Source of the DNA: Octopus sinensis
Lineage: Eukaryota
DNA: 28,581 nucleotides
Assembly (NCBI RefSeq): GCF_006345805.1
Contig: NW_021833532.1
Location: forward strand, 1 to 28,581
Direction of reading: 5' to 3'
Below, one piece after another: positions 1-11,334 of the stretch. The notes under the pieces are model-generated. The model had not been told where the DNA came from and ran no database searches. It saw only the letters and a program-made list of their open reading frames with translations. Position numbers and translations under genes: made by a program. Position 1 is the first letter of the stretch; each line of letters begins with the position of its first letter.

Positions 1-1011
1 TGTGGCCATGCTGGGGCACCGCCATTTGGTGTTGCTACTTGATTTCACTTCATGGAGGCTTTCTAGCAACTGCTATTTGGTGCATGAGAGAGTTCGATGC
101 AGCTGCCCTCATCTGCCCCTCCTTCCGCGAGGTTGGTTCATCTGGGACACCTGACAGGAAGAGATCCAGCTCCATTTTAAAGACATCTGTATCCACCCCA
201 TGCAGGTCTCTCAGGTTCTTCGGGAGGATATTGAAGAGCTGTGGGCCTCGGAAGCCCAGGCTATCACAGAATCTTGTCCTACATCTTGATGGCAAGTTTG
301 GAGTCCTAGGCACCACGCAGTGGCGCCCAGTTCTGGCATTTGCGTAACTCTCGATGCCAAAGTTCAGGACCTTCCCTCCGGATCTTCCAGATGTATATTA
401 TGGCATATCTTTCCGCCTACGGCTCCAGGGAATATAATTTTAATCTCTTGAGTCTTTCCAGTAGCTTACATTCTGCATAGAGGCTATCTTCTTCGTGTAG
501 CTTCGTTGGATCGCCTCAAGTTCTGTGATCAACTGACACTGGATGGTGACCACAGCTGAGAGCAATAGTCAAAGTGGCTAGGACCAGTGTCTTCCAGAGG
601 ACCATCATGTTTCTGTTCTCTTGTTCTAAAGGTTCTAAGAATCCATCCAGCCAGCCGTCTGCATTTCATTGTCAGTTTAGCAACATGTACATGAAAGGTC
701 GCGTCATCACTCATGTGAATACCCAGGTCACGCACTGATTGTGCCTCTGGGATTGCAATCCCTCCGGGTCCAGTGTATTCCTTGGTATTGCATTCAGTTT
801 TGCATGCTGATAGTATAAAGCTTGAAACTTTTCAGCATTGAACTGCATGCTATTCTTTTCAGCCCACTTGTATATTTCGTCCAGCTCATATTGCAGGTGC
901 CTAGTGTCTTCAGGGTTCTGTATTGCCTGTGAAATTTTGTATCATCTGCATAACTTGTGATTGTGGCTCTCCGCGTGGCTGAGGGCATGTCTGAGAGGGC
1001 CATTATAACAG
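1..1011 (-). mobile_element. 5'-truncated, frameshifted CR1-clade LINE (family A, divergent subfamily), RT C-terminal half to 3' UTR
   Basis: Minus-strand peptides ALSDMP..SYADDTK, MRDLGIHMS..CRRLAGWILRTF, DYCSQLWSP and SLGFRGPQLFNILP..LDLFLSGVPDEP are collinear with the copy at 25274-26400. It ends in the GGTGCCCCAGCATGGCC motif at 1-23. Confidence 0.92.
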
Positions 1012-1036
1012 TATATATACATATATATATATATAA

Positions 1037-1074
<38 letters not shown>

Positions 1075-1408
1075 ATATACATATATATGTACACATATAT
1101 ATAATATATAAATATGTATATATATATATATATATATATACATAGATATATATATACATATATATATTACATATGTATATTATATATATATATACATATA
1201 TATATATACATATATATATACATATATATATGTACACATATATATAATATAAATATGTATATATATATCTAAATATATATATACATATATATATACATAT
1301 ACATTATATACATATATATATATATACTATATATATAATATACATATATATATATATACATATATATATAAATAAACTATATAATATTATACATATATAT
1401 TATATTAC

Positions 1409-1439
<31 letters not shown>

Positions 1440-1651
1440 CATATATATAATATATACATATATATATATAATATCATATATATATATATATATTACATAT
1501 ATATAGATATTATAAATATATATATAATATATATATGCATATATAATATAATATATATATATATATCTATATATATATATATACCTATTTATATATATAT
1601 CTATGTATATATATATATATATACTATGTATATACATATAGATATTATATC

Positions 1652-1685
<34 letters not shown>

Positions 1686-1735
1686 TACATATATATATTA
1701 TATATCTATATACATATATATATATATATATACAA

Positions 1736-1770
<35 letters not shown>

Positions 1771-1787
1771 GCATATATATATATATA

Positions 1788-1822
<35 letters not shown>

Positions 1823-1823
1823 C

Positions 1824-1856
<33 letters not shown>

Positions 1857-1965
1857 CTATACATATATATATATATATATATACATACATATATATACAT
1901 ATAATATATAATATCTATTATATATAGATATATAATATATATATATACATATATACTTATATATA

Positions 1966-2018
<53 letters not shown>

Positions 2019-2210
2019 CATACATATATACTATATTATATATATATATATATACTATTACATATATATATATACATCTATACATATATATATATATATC
2101 ATATATACATATATAATAATATATATACATATATACATATATATACATATATAATAATATCTAATACATATATATACATATATATATACTATATACATAT
2201 ATATATATAT

Positions 2211-2245
<35 letters not shown>

Positions 2246-2293
2246 CTATATATATATATATGTATATTATATATACATATATATATATGTATA
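1012..2293. repeat. Long degenerate (TA)n/(TACATA)n microsatellite, about 1.3 kb
   Basis: Seen directly in the sequence. Confidence 0.98.
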
Positions 2294-3112
2294 ATTTGGA
2301 AGTGGTCTAACGATTGGGACCTGTGTCTGAACGTGTCAAAGTGCTGCCATCTGCCTGTCGCCTCAAATCCTGCAACTTAACTTGATTTCGAGCCGGGTCG
2401 TCTACTGCTGGAGAGGACCGATCAGGTAAAGGACCTGGGTATCTTGGTGGATTCCTCCTTTTCGCCTTCGGCCCACTGCGTCCATGCTGCCAACAAAGCG
2501 CGCGGAATTCTGTTTTTGATTCGACGGTCATTCGGAATGCTCACAGCAGCCATATTCCTGCCACTCTATGTCACACTGGTGAGACCCATATTGGAGTATG
2601 GGATTCAAGCCTCTTCTCCTTATCTCCTCAAAGACATACAGCACCTCGAAAGAGTCCAGAGGCTGGCTACCCGAATGGTTCATGGTCTCAAAAATTTGTC
2701 CTACGAAGAAAGGCTGAGGACGCTCGACCTTTGTTCTCTTGAAAAACGCCGCCGCCGTGGTGATCTCATTGTCGCCCACAACATCATAAGCGGGAAGTGT
2801 AACCTCTCGAAAGAACTGTTCTTCACTCCTGCTCCGGAGCGTCGGCTGCGGGGTCATTCCGAAAAGCTCTACCTGCGACGATTTCATCTCAATCGAAGGA
2901 GAGGAGCTTTCTCCGTCCGGGTTGCGGATCCGTGGAACAAGCTGCCAGACGAGATGGTGAAGATGCCAACGACCGCTTTGTTCAAAGCCTCCCTGGACCT
3001 CAAGTGGCCTGAACTCTTTACATGAACACCACCCTGTACTTAACTTCATGTCCCCCTACATAGCCTTGCTATTTGCTTTTGAGCCAAATTAACTGACTAA
3101 CTAACTAACTAA
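2294..3112 (+). mobile_element. 5'-truncated CR1-clade LINE (family B), ORF2 C-terminus, 3' UTR and (TAAC)n tail
   Basis: ORF 2444-3025 has LVRPILEYG, LERVQRLATRMV, SYEERL, RRRRGDLI and FSVRV..WNKLP, typical of the CR1 ORF2 tail. It ends in taactaactaac and is near-identical to the inverted copy at 24353-25207. Confidence 0.95.
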
Positions 3113-3157
3113 CATATATATATATATACATATATATATATAACATATATATATATA

Positions 3158-3202
<45 letters not shown>

Positions 3203-3243
3203 TACATATATATACATATACATACATATACATACATATATAT

Positions 3244-3294
<51 letters not shown>

Positions 3295-3353
3295 CATACA
3301 TATTTGTATCTGTACAGATATACATACATATATAAACATGCATATATATATAT
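3113..3353. repeat. (TA)n microsatellite
   Basis: Seen directly in the sequence. Confidence 0.97.
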
Positions 3354-3645
3354 GTAATGTGAGATAAAAGTGAAACTGTTAAAAGTGAAACTATTATCTC
3401 ACGTTACAATAGATAAGTTATTGTTTCACTTTTGACACATAATACCAAAACAGTGTAAGAGATAGCTCTTGGTTCACATGAGGCAAGAAGTTGAAAATTC
3501 TTTTGATCCATGACACTCCATGGACTCTAAGTAGGGCATGTGTAAAATTTGAATGAAATCGGTTGGGTAGTTCTCGAGTTTTAGTGGTGCACACATACAG
3601 ATACATAGACAAACAGACGGATAGACATTCTCAGTTTCATATATA
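3354..3645 (+). mobile_element. Probable non-autonomous Helitron-like (Lep1/HINE-type) element
   Basis: 14-bp inverted repeat at the left end (gtaatgtgagataa / ttatctcacgttac), an aaatttgaatgaaatcggtt motif, an (ACAG)n-like tract and terminal cattctcagttt. This layout resembles Lep1-like non-autonomous Helitrons; no coding evidence. Confidence 0.45.
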
Positions 3646-3819
3646 TAAATGTCTTTACAGTATATTTCTCTCTCATGTATGTACACACACATGCACCCAA
3701 ACAAATAGTTGTGTATATGTTATTTAATGTCACGATTGGGTGTGGTAGAGAATGTGTTTAATTCTGTCACGGTACATGTAACTTGTATTATGTGACGCTA
3801 AATGTTTATATAACCTTTA

Positions 3820-4140
3820 TTGTGACCATAAGTTTGAGTCAGTGATGTATATAACATTGCAGGTTGTTGTTGTGTTGGCGTAGATTGTCGGGTGTGTAGC
3901 TATGACAGCGATAAAGTTGAAGGAGACAATGGAGGAGATAACTATGGCAGTGATAACGATGCTGTTTGATGGAAGACTTGTGGTAGTAGGGAAATGATTA
4001 AAGTAGTAGTGGCGGTGGTCTTTGTGGAGTAACAGAGGTTGGGATGGTAGTTTGTATTGTGGAATGATCCTGTGAGTAGCCATTATAATGGCGTAACTTT
4101 GTGGTGGTAGTAGTGGTTATTTATATACTGGTGAGGGAGG
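3820..4140. repeat. Degenerate GT-rich low-complexity tract (gtt/ggt/gtagtg)
   Basis: Recurrent gttgttgtt and ggtggtagtagt runs. Confidence 0.6.
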
Positions 4141-4461
4141 GGGTTGTTTATTTGATGGTGATAACAAATGGGTCTGTGATTGATCTGATGTTACATTCCT
4201 GGCAAACATATTGATTATTTCCGTCTGTATTTTCATTTGAATATTATTAGGGCTCATCAAATAACAACAGTAGCTTTTCATTCAACCAGAATACATGAAG
4301 ACAACATTGCAAGGGTGAGGTGGGAACTGTGTGAAGTGGTTGATCGATTCTATATCTCGTTTGAACAACACCAGCTCTGTGTCCTTGCAGAGCTGGTGGA
4401 TGAAGGGTTTTTGGCACAAGTCCAGCTCATGTATGTCCATGTTGAATATCCATAGGAACAT

Positions 4462-4800
4462 AAAGAGTAAAGGCCCCTTTGGTCATGAATGATCATAGAT
4501 TGCACCTAGAAAGTTACCCTCCGAAACACTAGTCCAGGCAAGGTTATTTATGGAAGACCAGCAGTTGCCCACGCATGCCAGCCTCCCCTCTCCATACCAC
4601 TGATGTTATCCAAGGGATAAGGCAAAGGGGCCAATACAGCTTAGCGCCAGTGACATCACAACTCATTTCTATGACTGAGTGAACTGGAGCAACATGAAAT
4701 AAAGTGTCTTGCTCAAGAACACAACATACAGTCCAGGAATCAAACTCACTACCACATGATTCTGAGCCTGACATTCTAACCACTGAACCATGCACCTTCA
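4462..4800 (-). mobile_element. tRNA-derived SINE, family X, copy 1 (full length)
   Basis: The reverse complement starts TGAAGGTGCATGGTTCAGTGG (A box) ... GTTTGATTCC (B box), then ttgagcaagacacttt, with tail cattcatgaccaaagggg. Homologous to 5387-5697 and 9780-10120. Confidence 0.9.
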
Positions 4801-4934
4801 CACAAGAACATTTTGTTGTTGGATTTGTGCTTAACCCTTCAGCATTGTTCTGCAAAATACAAGCCATGTGAAGACATGTCTTCAGTCTGTTTCATTCAGT
4901 TTCTTCATCTTGATCCTCTTTTCTACTCTTGCAG

Positions 4935-5234
4935 GCTCCTCAGTGTGAACATGCATTCTGTTCTGTGTGTATCCACGAGTGGTTGACCAGACAGCCTACA
5001 TGTCCTGTAGATCGTAACCCCATCACACCCAATCAATTGAAGTGTGTCCCCCGCATCCTACGTAACTTGCTGTCTCGACTGACCATAAGCTGTGAGAACG
5101 CCAACTACGGTTGCACAGCAATACTCAATCTGGACATGTTGCAGACACACCTCCAAGAGTGTGAACACAACCCAAAGAAACCAGTTCACTGTGAAGCTGG
5201 ATGTGGACTTGTGGTGCCCATGGATGAATTCAAA
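4935..5234 (+). CDS. RNF41: RNF41/NRDP1 coding exon: second half of RING plus TRAF/SIAH-type zinc finger (300 nt, phase 0/0)
   Basis: ctcttgcag|GCTCCT...TTCAAA|gtgagt. APQCEHAFCSVCIHEWLTRQPTCPVDR..VPRILRNLLSRL..CEHNPKKPVHCEAGCGL matches recalled NRDP1 (APHCEHAFCNACITQW..TCPVDR..CEHNPKRPVTCEQGCGL). Confidence 0.96.
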
Positions 5235-5386
5235 GTGAGTATTTAAAAAGATTTTTTTTTTGTATTTCTTTTGCCGGTTTCAGCCATGCTGGGACACTGA
5301 CCTTCTAGTTGATTTTACCAAACTCCACAGGTACTTATTTTATCAATCTCTATTTATTGATTGGCTAAGTCCACCTAGCATATATC

Positions 5387-5697
5387 TTAGAGTGTCGGGC
5401 TCACAATCACGAGGTAGTGTGATTCCCAGACCGGGCTGTGTATTGTGTTCTTGAGCAAGACACTTTATTTCACTCCAGCTCACCCAGCTATAGAAATGAG
5501 TTGTGATCTCACTGGTGCCAAGTTGTATTGACCTTTGCCTTTCCCTTGGATAACACTGGTGGCATGTAGAGGGGAGGCTGGTATTCATGGGCAACTGCTG
5601 GTTTTCCATAAACAGCCTTACCTGAATTTATGCCTCGGAGGGGAACTTTCTAGGCGCAACCCCATGGTCATTCATGACTGAAGGGGGTCTTTACCCT
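5387..5697 (+). mobile_element. SINE family X, copy 2 (A box lost), with 10-bp target-site duplication
   Basis: Collinear with the other X copies. AGTCCACCTA occurs at 5368-5377 and 5699-5708. Confidence 0.9.
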
Positions 5698-5760
5698 GAG
5701 TCCACCTATGAAAGATAACTTAGCAAACTAAATGCCACAAACTATTATATGTACATGTAT

Positions 5761-6052
5761 ATCATCATTTTAACATCTACTTTTCCATGCTTGCATGGGT
5801 CAGATGGAGATCACTGAGGCAGATTTTCTATGGCCAGATGCCCTTCTTGTCACCAACCTTCACCCGTTTCCAGACAGGATAGTATTTCGCCATTTTTTTC
5901 ACAGAATCATCATCATTACACAGCCATTTTCCATGCTAGCATGTATTAGACAGTTTCGCAGGAGCTGGCGAAGCAGAAGACCGCACCAAATTTCACTGTC
6001 TGTTTCGGTATGGTTTTTACAGTTGAATGACCTTCCAAACACCAACTGCCCC
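5761..6052 (-). mobile_element. Two adjacent short RTE 3'-end-like fragments (5761-5880 and 5907-6052) with (ATG)n tails
   Basis: Both start with catcatcat on + and carry variants of ttccatgct(a/t)gcatg and gatgcccttc..caccaac, which match the RTE 3' UTR at 16900-17050. Confidence 0.7.
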
Positions 6053-6061
6053 ACAGTTTTA

Positions 6062-6239
6062 CTTGTTTCAGTCATTTGACTGTGGCCATGCTGGAGCACC
6101 ACCCTTTAGTTGAAGAAATCGACCCTGTACTTATTACCTGTAAGCCTGGTGCTTATCCTATCAGTCACTTTTGCCGAATCACTAAGTTACAGGGACGCCA
6201 ACACTCCAACATCAGTTGTCAAGCAATGGTGGTGGGAGG

Positions 6240-6313
<74 letters not shown>

Positions 6314-6392
6314 CGATGGGCTTCTTTCAGTTTCCATCTATGAAATCCAACCACAAGGCCTTGGTTAGCCCAAGGCTATAGTAGAAGACACT
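6062..6392 (-). mobile_element. SINE family Z with internal (CA)n(TA)n microsatellite; tRNA head truncated
   Basis: Body gggcttctttcagtttcc..caaggctatagtagaagacact, internal microsatellite at 6241-6312 and tail GGTGCTCCAGCATGGCCACAGTC. The head of this family occurs at 14421-14592. Confidence 0.88.
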
Positions 6393-6840
6393 CTATAAAG
6401 TATAAGGTTGAATTTCGTGTAGCCATCTGTTGGCAATTTTTCTTCCCCACCCATTTTGTAGGGGTATTACCCAATTTTCTGGGCTCTTTTCATAGCTACA
6501 CCCCATTTGAAATTTGCATTAGTTTTTGTATGAAAAAAATGGAAGGGAGCAGGGCTTGTTTGTAGAGGAAATATTAAACATGCCTGGGGAAAAAAAAAGT
6601 CTTTCCTCCCAACTAAAAGACATGAAGATCTATCTGAAGGAAAGAAGAGAGAACTAAAACTCAATCCTTCTAGAACTCCCAGAATGAAAACCTAAACATC
6701 TGAAAGACTTTCCTTCTTCATTGTTAAAAATAAAGAAGCTAAAAAAAAGATCAATCATATTTCAGTCTCATTATCAAATGACTGAGGCCTTCCATGCTGT
6801 CGCTATCACTTCACTCTTTTTTTCTCTACGGTTAAGAGAG

Positions 6841-7238
6841 TGAAGGTGTGTGGCTCAGTGGTTAGGGGTATTCAGTCCTTTGGGTCAGTCAAGATAACTG
6901 ACCCATTAACATGCTAGACACAATGCTTAGTGGCATTTTGTTCATTTTTACATTCTGAGATCAAATTCTGCCAAGGTCGACTTTGCCTTTCATCCTTTTA
7001 GGATCAATAAAATAAGTACCAGTCAAGTACTGGCATCAATGTAATCAACTTCTTCCTTCCCTCAAAAACTGCTGGCCCTGTGCCAATGTTTGAAGTCATT
7101 ATTTGGTGGAATCTGAGTTCAAATTCCGCCAAGGTTGACTTTGCCTTTCATCCTTTCAGGGTACCAGTCAAGCACCAGGCTCAATGAAATCAACTTAGCC
7201 CTCTCCTGAAATTGCTGGTTCTGTGCCAAAATTTGAAA

Positions 7239-7281
<43 letters not shown>

Positions 7282-7460
7282 GGCAGTAAGCTGTCAGAAT
7301 CGTTAGTGCACCAAATAAAATGTTTAACAGTATTTTGTCTATCTTTATATTCTGATTTCTAATTCCACTGGGGTCCAAATAGGAACCAGTTGAGCACGGT
7401 GGATGTAATCAACTCGTCTGCTCTCCCAATATTTCAGGCCTTGGATTATTATTATCATCA
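6841..7460 (+). mobile_element. Cluster of degenerate SINEs: an X-type head fragment plus three family Y (Nin/Deu-domain-like) copies and an (ATT)n tail
   Basis: Repeated gactttgcctttcatccttt core (about 6978 and 7136), aagtaccagt, tail tgtgccaaaatttgaaa, (ATT)n at 7240-7279 and a third head aggcagtaagctgtcagaatcgttag at 7280. Confidence 0.85.
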
Positions 7461-7635
7461 TTGTTTTGATTATTCTATTGAACTAAAATTATCAAATGAT
7501 TTAAGTTAATTGTTTCAATGAGTTTGACTGTTTTGAAATTTAAAAGAATTTTAATGAATTTATATATTAATTTATTTATTTATACATTTATTTATTCTTG
7601 TTGATTTAATTATTAATTCAATGATGTTTTGTTAG

Positions 7636-7767
7636 GACCATAATTGTGTTCGAGAACTGAGGAATTTGGTCCAACAACACCAACAGAAAATGTCCGAAAT
7701 GCAAGTTGAGCTCATGGAACACAAATTACAACTGAAAGAACAGAAGCGAGAGATGCAGCAGCTAAAA
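7636..7767 (+). CDS. RNF41: RNF41 coding exon, coiled-coil region (132 nt, phase 0/0)
   Basis: gttag|GACCATAATTGT...CTAAAA|gtaagc. DHNCVRELRNLVQQHQQK..EHKLQLKEQKREMQQLK matches NRDP1 HNCIKHLR..EHKHQLAEQKRDIQLLK. Confidence 0.95.
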
Positions 7768-7934
7768 GTAAGCCTTGAATTAAACTTACCGATGTCTTAT
7801 TTCTTTTAGAATTTAAAATGGTTTATAATAAATACATTTCTGCAACAGTAAGGAAGAAAGTCAAATATATTACTTCTAAATATATGTGTGTCTTTTTGTA
7901 TGTATGGATGCATGCATGCTGTTTTCGTCATTAG

Positions 7935-8800
7935 GGTCTCCATGAAAAAGATGGTGAAAAGGGCTGGAACAAGGACACAGCCTTGTTTCACACCATTGCC
8001 AATAGGGAAGATCTTGAAGAGATTGTTGTTGTGCCTGATCTAGCCCTGCTGGTTTTCATGCAGCTGGAAAATCATATTGAGGAATTTAAGGGGATATCCA
8101 AGATGCTCCACAATTTGCCATAGACCTTTTCTGCTCACAGTTTTGAATGCTTTGGTGAGGTCAACAAGGGTGATGTAAAGTCCTTCGTTTTGGTCTCAGC
8201 ACTTCTTTTGAAGCTGTCTGAGAACAAAAACTGTGTCAGTGGTGCTCCTCTTTGCTCTGAAGCAGCACTAGGGTTCTGGGAGGTTTTCTTCTGCAATGGT
8301 GAGCATTAAGTAAGTCAAGGAGTAAATACTCTGGCAAGGATTTTGCCCACAATGGAGGGTTGTAGTTGGGGCTGTCAAGTTTTTCCCCCTTGTTCTTATA
8401 CAGGATGATGACAGCATCGCAGAAATGTTTTAGTAACTTTACCCTGCTGTCTACAGCAGATGAAAAGCTCACAGAGTTTGGGGTACACTGCTGTGTCACC
8501 AGCCTTTCGTGTCTGTGATTGGATTCCATCCACTCTGACTTTTTAGTTGCTCTATTGCTCTGGTCATTTCTATGAGGAAATTTCATTTAGCTCTAACTTC
8601 AAAAGCTGCTGTGGAATATGAATCACTGCCAACTCTTGGACTGAGTGGTTGGCACTGTAGAGAATTTGAAAGTGCTCTGACCACCAGGTTCAAGTTGGAG
8701 GCCTCTCGTCTGCACTGTGTGAATGACCTATGGACACTGTGCATGCGACCATAAACAGCTTTTAGAGTTTCATGAAACTTATTTTTTGCTAGTATTCCAA
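7935..8800 (-). mobile_element. Old, frameshifted BovB-like RTE LINE fragment (RT N-terminal region)
   Basis: Minus-strand peptides KFHETLKAVYG, DAVIILYKNKGEK, DLTKAFKTVSRKGLWQI and NGVKQGCVLVPALFTIFF. Confidence 0.85.
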
Positions 8801-9567
8801 AGATTGAAATATCCTTTAAGAGAGAGAAATATTGAAGATTTTGGAGAATATAAGAGTTATCTCTGGAATTCATATGTTCAGATTAATGGGAAGAATGTGC
8901 TGAAAACTGTTGGGTTGTAAAGGAATAGAAGAGTTTTCATGTGTTGCAAATGTGTGAAAGAGTGTTTAGGGTGAGGCCCGTACAAATCTGGTAACAAGCT
9001 ATGACTAGATGTGAGATGTAAGCTCCATTTTAAATTATTAATGATTTTAAGTAATCAGTGCTTTTTAAAAAAATTCTGTTGAAGGGCCTTGGACTGATGG
9101 ATGGGAAGGAGGGAGGGAGGTATCCTTCAAATGGAAACCAGGCCTGAACGCTTGAAACAAAGATAGACTTTGTTAAAGGAGCGCAAGGAGCCAAAAGGTG
9201 GTATTAAATTAGGTAACAGATTATTCTGTTATCCAGGGAGGCCATGGATGGAAAGAGCCAGAACAAATATTGCAAGATGTTTTCACAGGTTCTTCCATCC
9301 ATTGTCTTGGATTGAGACTTTTTTATTGACCTGAAAGGGATGAAAAGTAAAGCTAATCTTGGCGTGTTTCCAATGAATAGCATGAAGCTGTAACAAGTCC
9401 ACCAATTTGTATAGAAATGGTTTGCATGTGGAGTGTACTTGAATGAGTTACGTATGTTCTTGTAGAGTACATGTAATTAAATGTAACAGAATACAATAAA
9501 ACAAAAAAAATAAAGCAATTTATTAAGATAATGTATTACTGAATAGACCCTTTTTGGTGGGGGAGTA

Positions 9568-9681
9568 GGGCCCACAAAATTGTAGGCCCATATCAACTGA
9601 CTCACCTGGATTCTCTGTTCTTTTGGGCTCACAAAATTGTAGACCCATATCAGTGGACCTACCTGGATTCTCTCTGTTCTT
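9568..9681. repeat. Two-copy 57-bp tandem repeat
   Basis: The unit gggc(c/t)cacaaaattgtag(g/a)cccatatca..acctggattctct..gttctt starts at 9568 and 9625. Confidence 0.85.
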
Positions 9682-9779
9682 GCCTGGTGTTTCATTGAAT
9701 TTCGTATAGGTGCATCTGCTGCATGGAGTGAAAAGCAAATGAGGCAATGAATGTGGAAATATCTATAGTGGTCCAGAGG

Positions 9780-10120
9780 TGAAGGTGCATGGCTCAGTGG
9801 TTAGAGCATCAGGCTCATAATTATGAGGTAGTGAGTTCGATTCCTGGAGCTGGCTGTGTGTTGTGTTCTAGAGCAAGACACTTTATTTCACGTTACTCCA
9901 CTTCACTCAGTCATAGAAATGAATTGTGATGTCACGGGTGCCAAGCTATATTGGCCTTTGCCTTTCCCTTGGATAACATCAGTGGCATGAAGAGAGGAGG
10001 CTGGTATGCATAGGCAACTGCTGGTCTTCCAGAAACAACCTTGCCTGAACTTTTGCCTCAGAGGGTAACTTTCTGGATGCAATCCCATGGTCATTCATGA
10101 CCAAAGGTGGTTTTTACTCT
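9780..10120 (+). mobile_element. SINE family X, copy 3 (full length)
   Basis: TGGCTCAGTGG A box, GTTCGATTCC B box, and the same body and tail as copies 1 and 2. Confidence 0.92.
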
Positions 10121-11084
10121 TCAGAAGTAGCAGGTAGCAGGGTTAGGGACCAGAAAGAACATCAAAACTTTAAGAGTTGGGGGACCTTGTAGCTATTTGA
10201 TGTCTGAAGGCAGCTGTTTCTTGTTTGGTGGCGACCTTACTGGGTTCTTTAGTGCTCCATTTAAGGTCTACTAATTAGTGGCAGCCTTGTATTGAGCGGC
10301 TGCAGGTGGACCCCTTGGTGAGATTTTGGAGTTTCAAGCTTTGGCTGTGTGATGGATATGGACATACCTAGGGTGGGAATGAAGCATGTTTGTTTCAAGA
10401 AACAACTGACATAAGACTGGGAATTGTCCAGCTAGTACTTTCAAGTTAGCTAAACTTGAGTTTAGCTAATTTGAAAGTACCAGAATATTCAGGTATGACA
10501 GGAAGGTGTGAAATATGATGTTTGGATGATCACGCACACACACTCTGAAGCTAACAAAGAAGCATGTATGTGGTTGGTTGCTCAACCTGTTAGAAACATC
10601 AGCCAGGTCTCCCTTAAATTATACTTTATCATCTGAAAGGGAAGGACACATTGTATAAGCAACTTTGTAATGAAAGATTAAGGTGATACAAAAATTAAGC
10701 AATACAATGGATGATTACTGTCTCTTTTAATCACCCTAACCTATTTCTTAACTGTTTTGTAACAATATTTCTGTTGGAATACAAATCCTTTTGTTTCATT
10801 TAGTTTTGAAAATAATGAAGAATTTAGTAAAATAAATCATTAATAAACTGGTGCTCAGAACATAAATTAACATGAAATTTTGATGGAAAGTTTTAAAGTA
10901 GATCCCTTTAAAACAGTAATTTGCATCATAGAACAAGGGGCAGTTTTCAAACAGGTTGGTATCAAAAGGTGTTTAACCTCTCTTGAAACCATCTTTATTG
11001 AAACCTTATCTGTTGATTCAATTACTGTTCGGTTCTTGCTGCCAACACTATCAAACATGTACAACCCCATAACTCTTCTTGTAG

Positions 11085-11164
11085 GAATACATGCGCTGCA
11101 TGAGGGTTTCAAATCCCCGGATTAGAGAGATGCAGTCAGAAATGGAAAATGCAGATGTTGTTAG
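11085..11164 (+). CDS. RNF41: RNF41 coding exon (80 nt, phase 0/2)
   Basis: cttcttgtag|GAATAC...GTTAG|gtaagt. EYMRCMRVSNPRIREMQSEMENADVV(R) aligns with NRDP1 AYMRAIRSVNP and keeps the frame between the neighbouring exons. Confidence 0.92.
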
Positions 11165-11334
11165 GTAAGTAATACATTAATGCAAACATCTTCCACATTA
11201 TAGAAGCATTGTGCTGCTGCTGCAAATTTTGCCGTAATCTGAAATTCTATAACATGAAATCTGTTTTTCTGTTGATTTGCGTTGTGCATGGGAAAGAGTT
11301 ACTTTTATGATGACGATTCACGCTAGGTGTCAAA

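Noticed and set aside
794-3343. Many Y/I/M-rich ORFs (also 19713-20141)
   Set aside because: They are translations of (TA)n microsatellite, not genes.
4237-4455. 72-aa plus-strand ORF and a 59-codon minus-strand frame in non-repetitive-looking DNA
   Set aside because: No recognisable family and no convincing splice sites. EVVDRFY faintly resembles RTE EVVDSFRY, so decayed TE is as likely; too weak to call.
4780-4800. tRNA-like A/B boxes here and at 6841, 9780 and 14421
   Set aside because: These are SINE heads continuing into SINE bodies; no complete cloverleaf, so not tRNA genes.
1-4934. First coding exon of RNF41 (MGYD..CPIC..EEPVQ-like)
   Set aside because: No matching peptide was found upstream of 4935; it probably lies before the window.
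8880-9400. Possible very old LINE remnant
   Set aside because: No diagnostic motif could be read in any frame.
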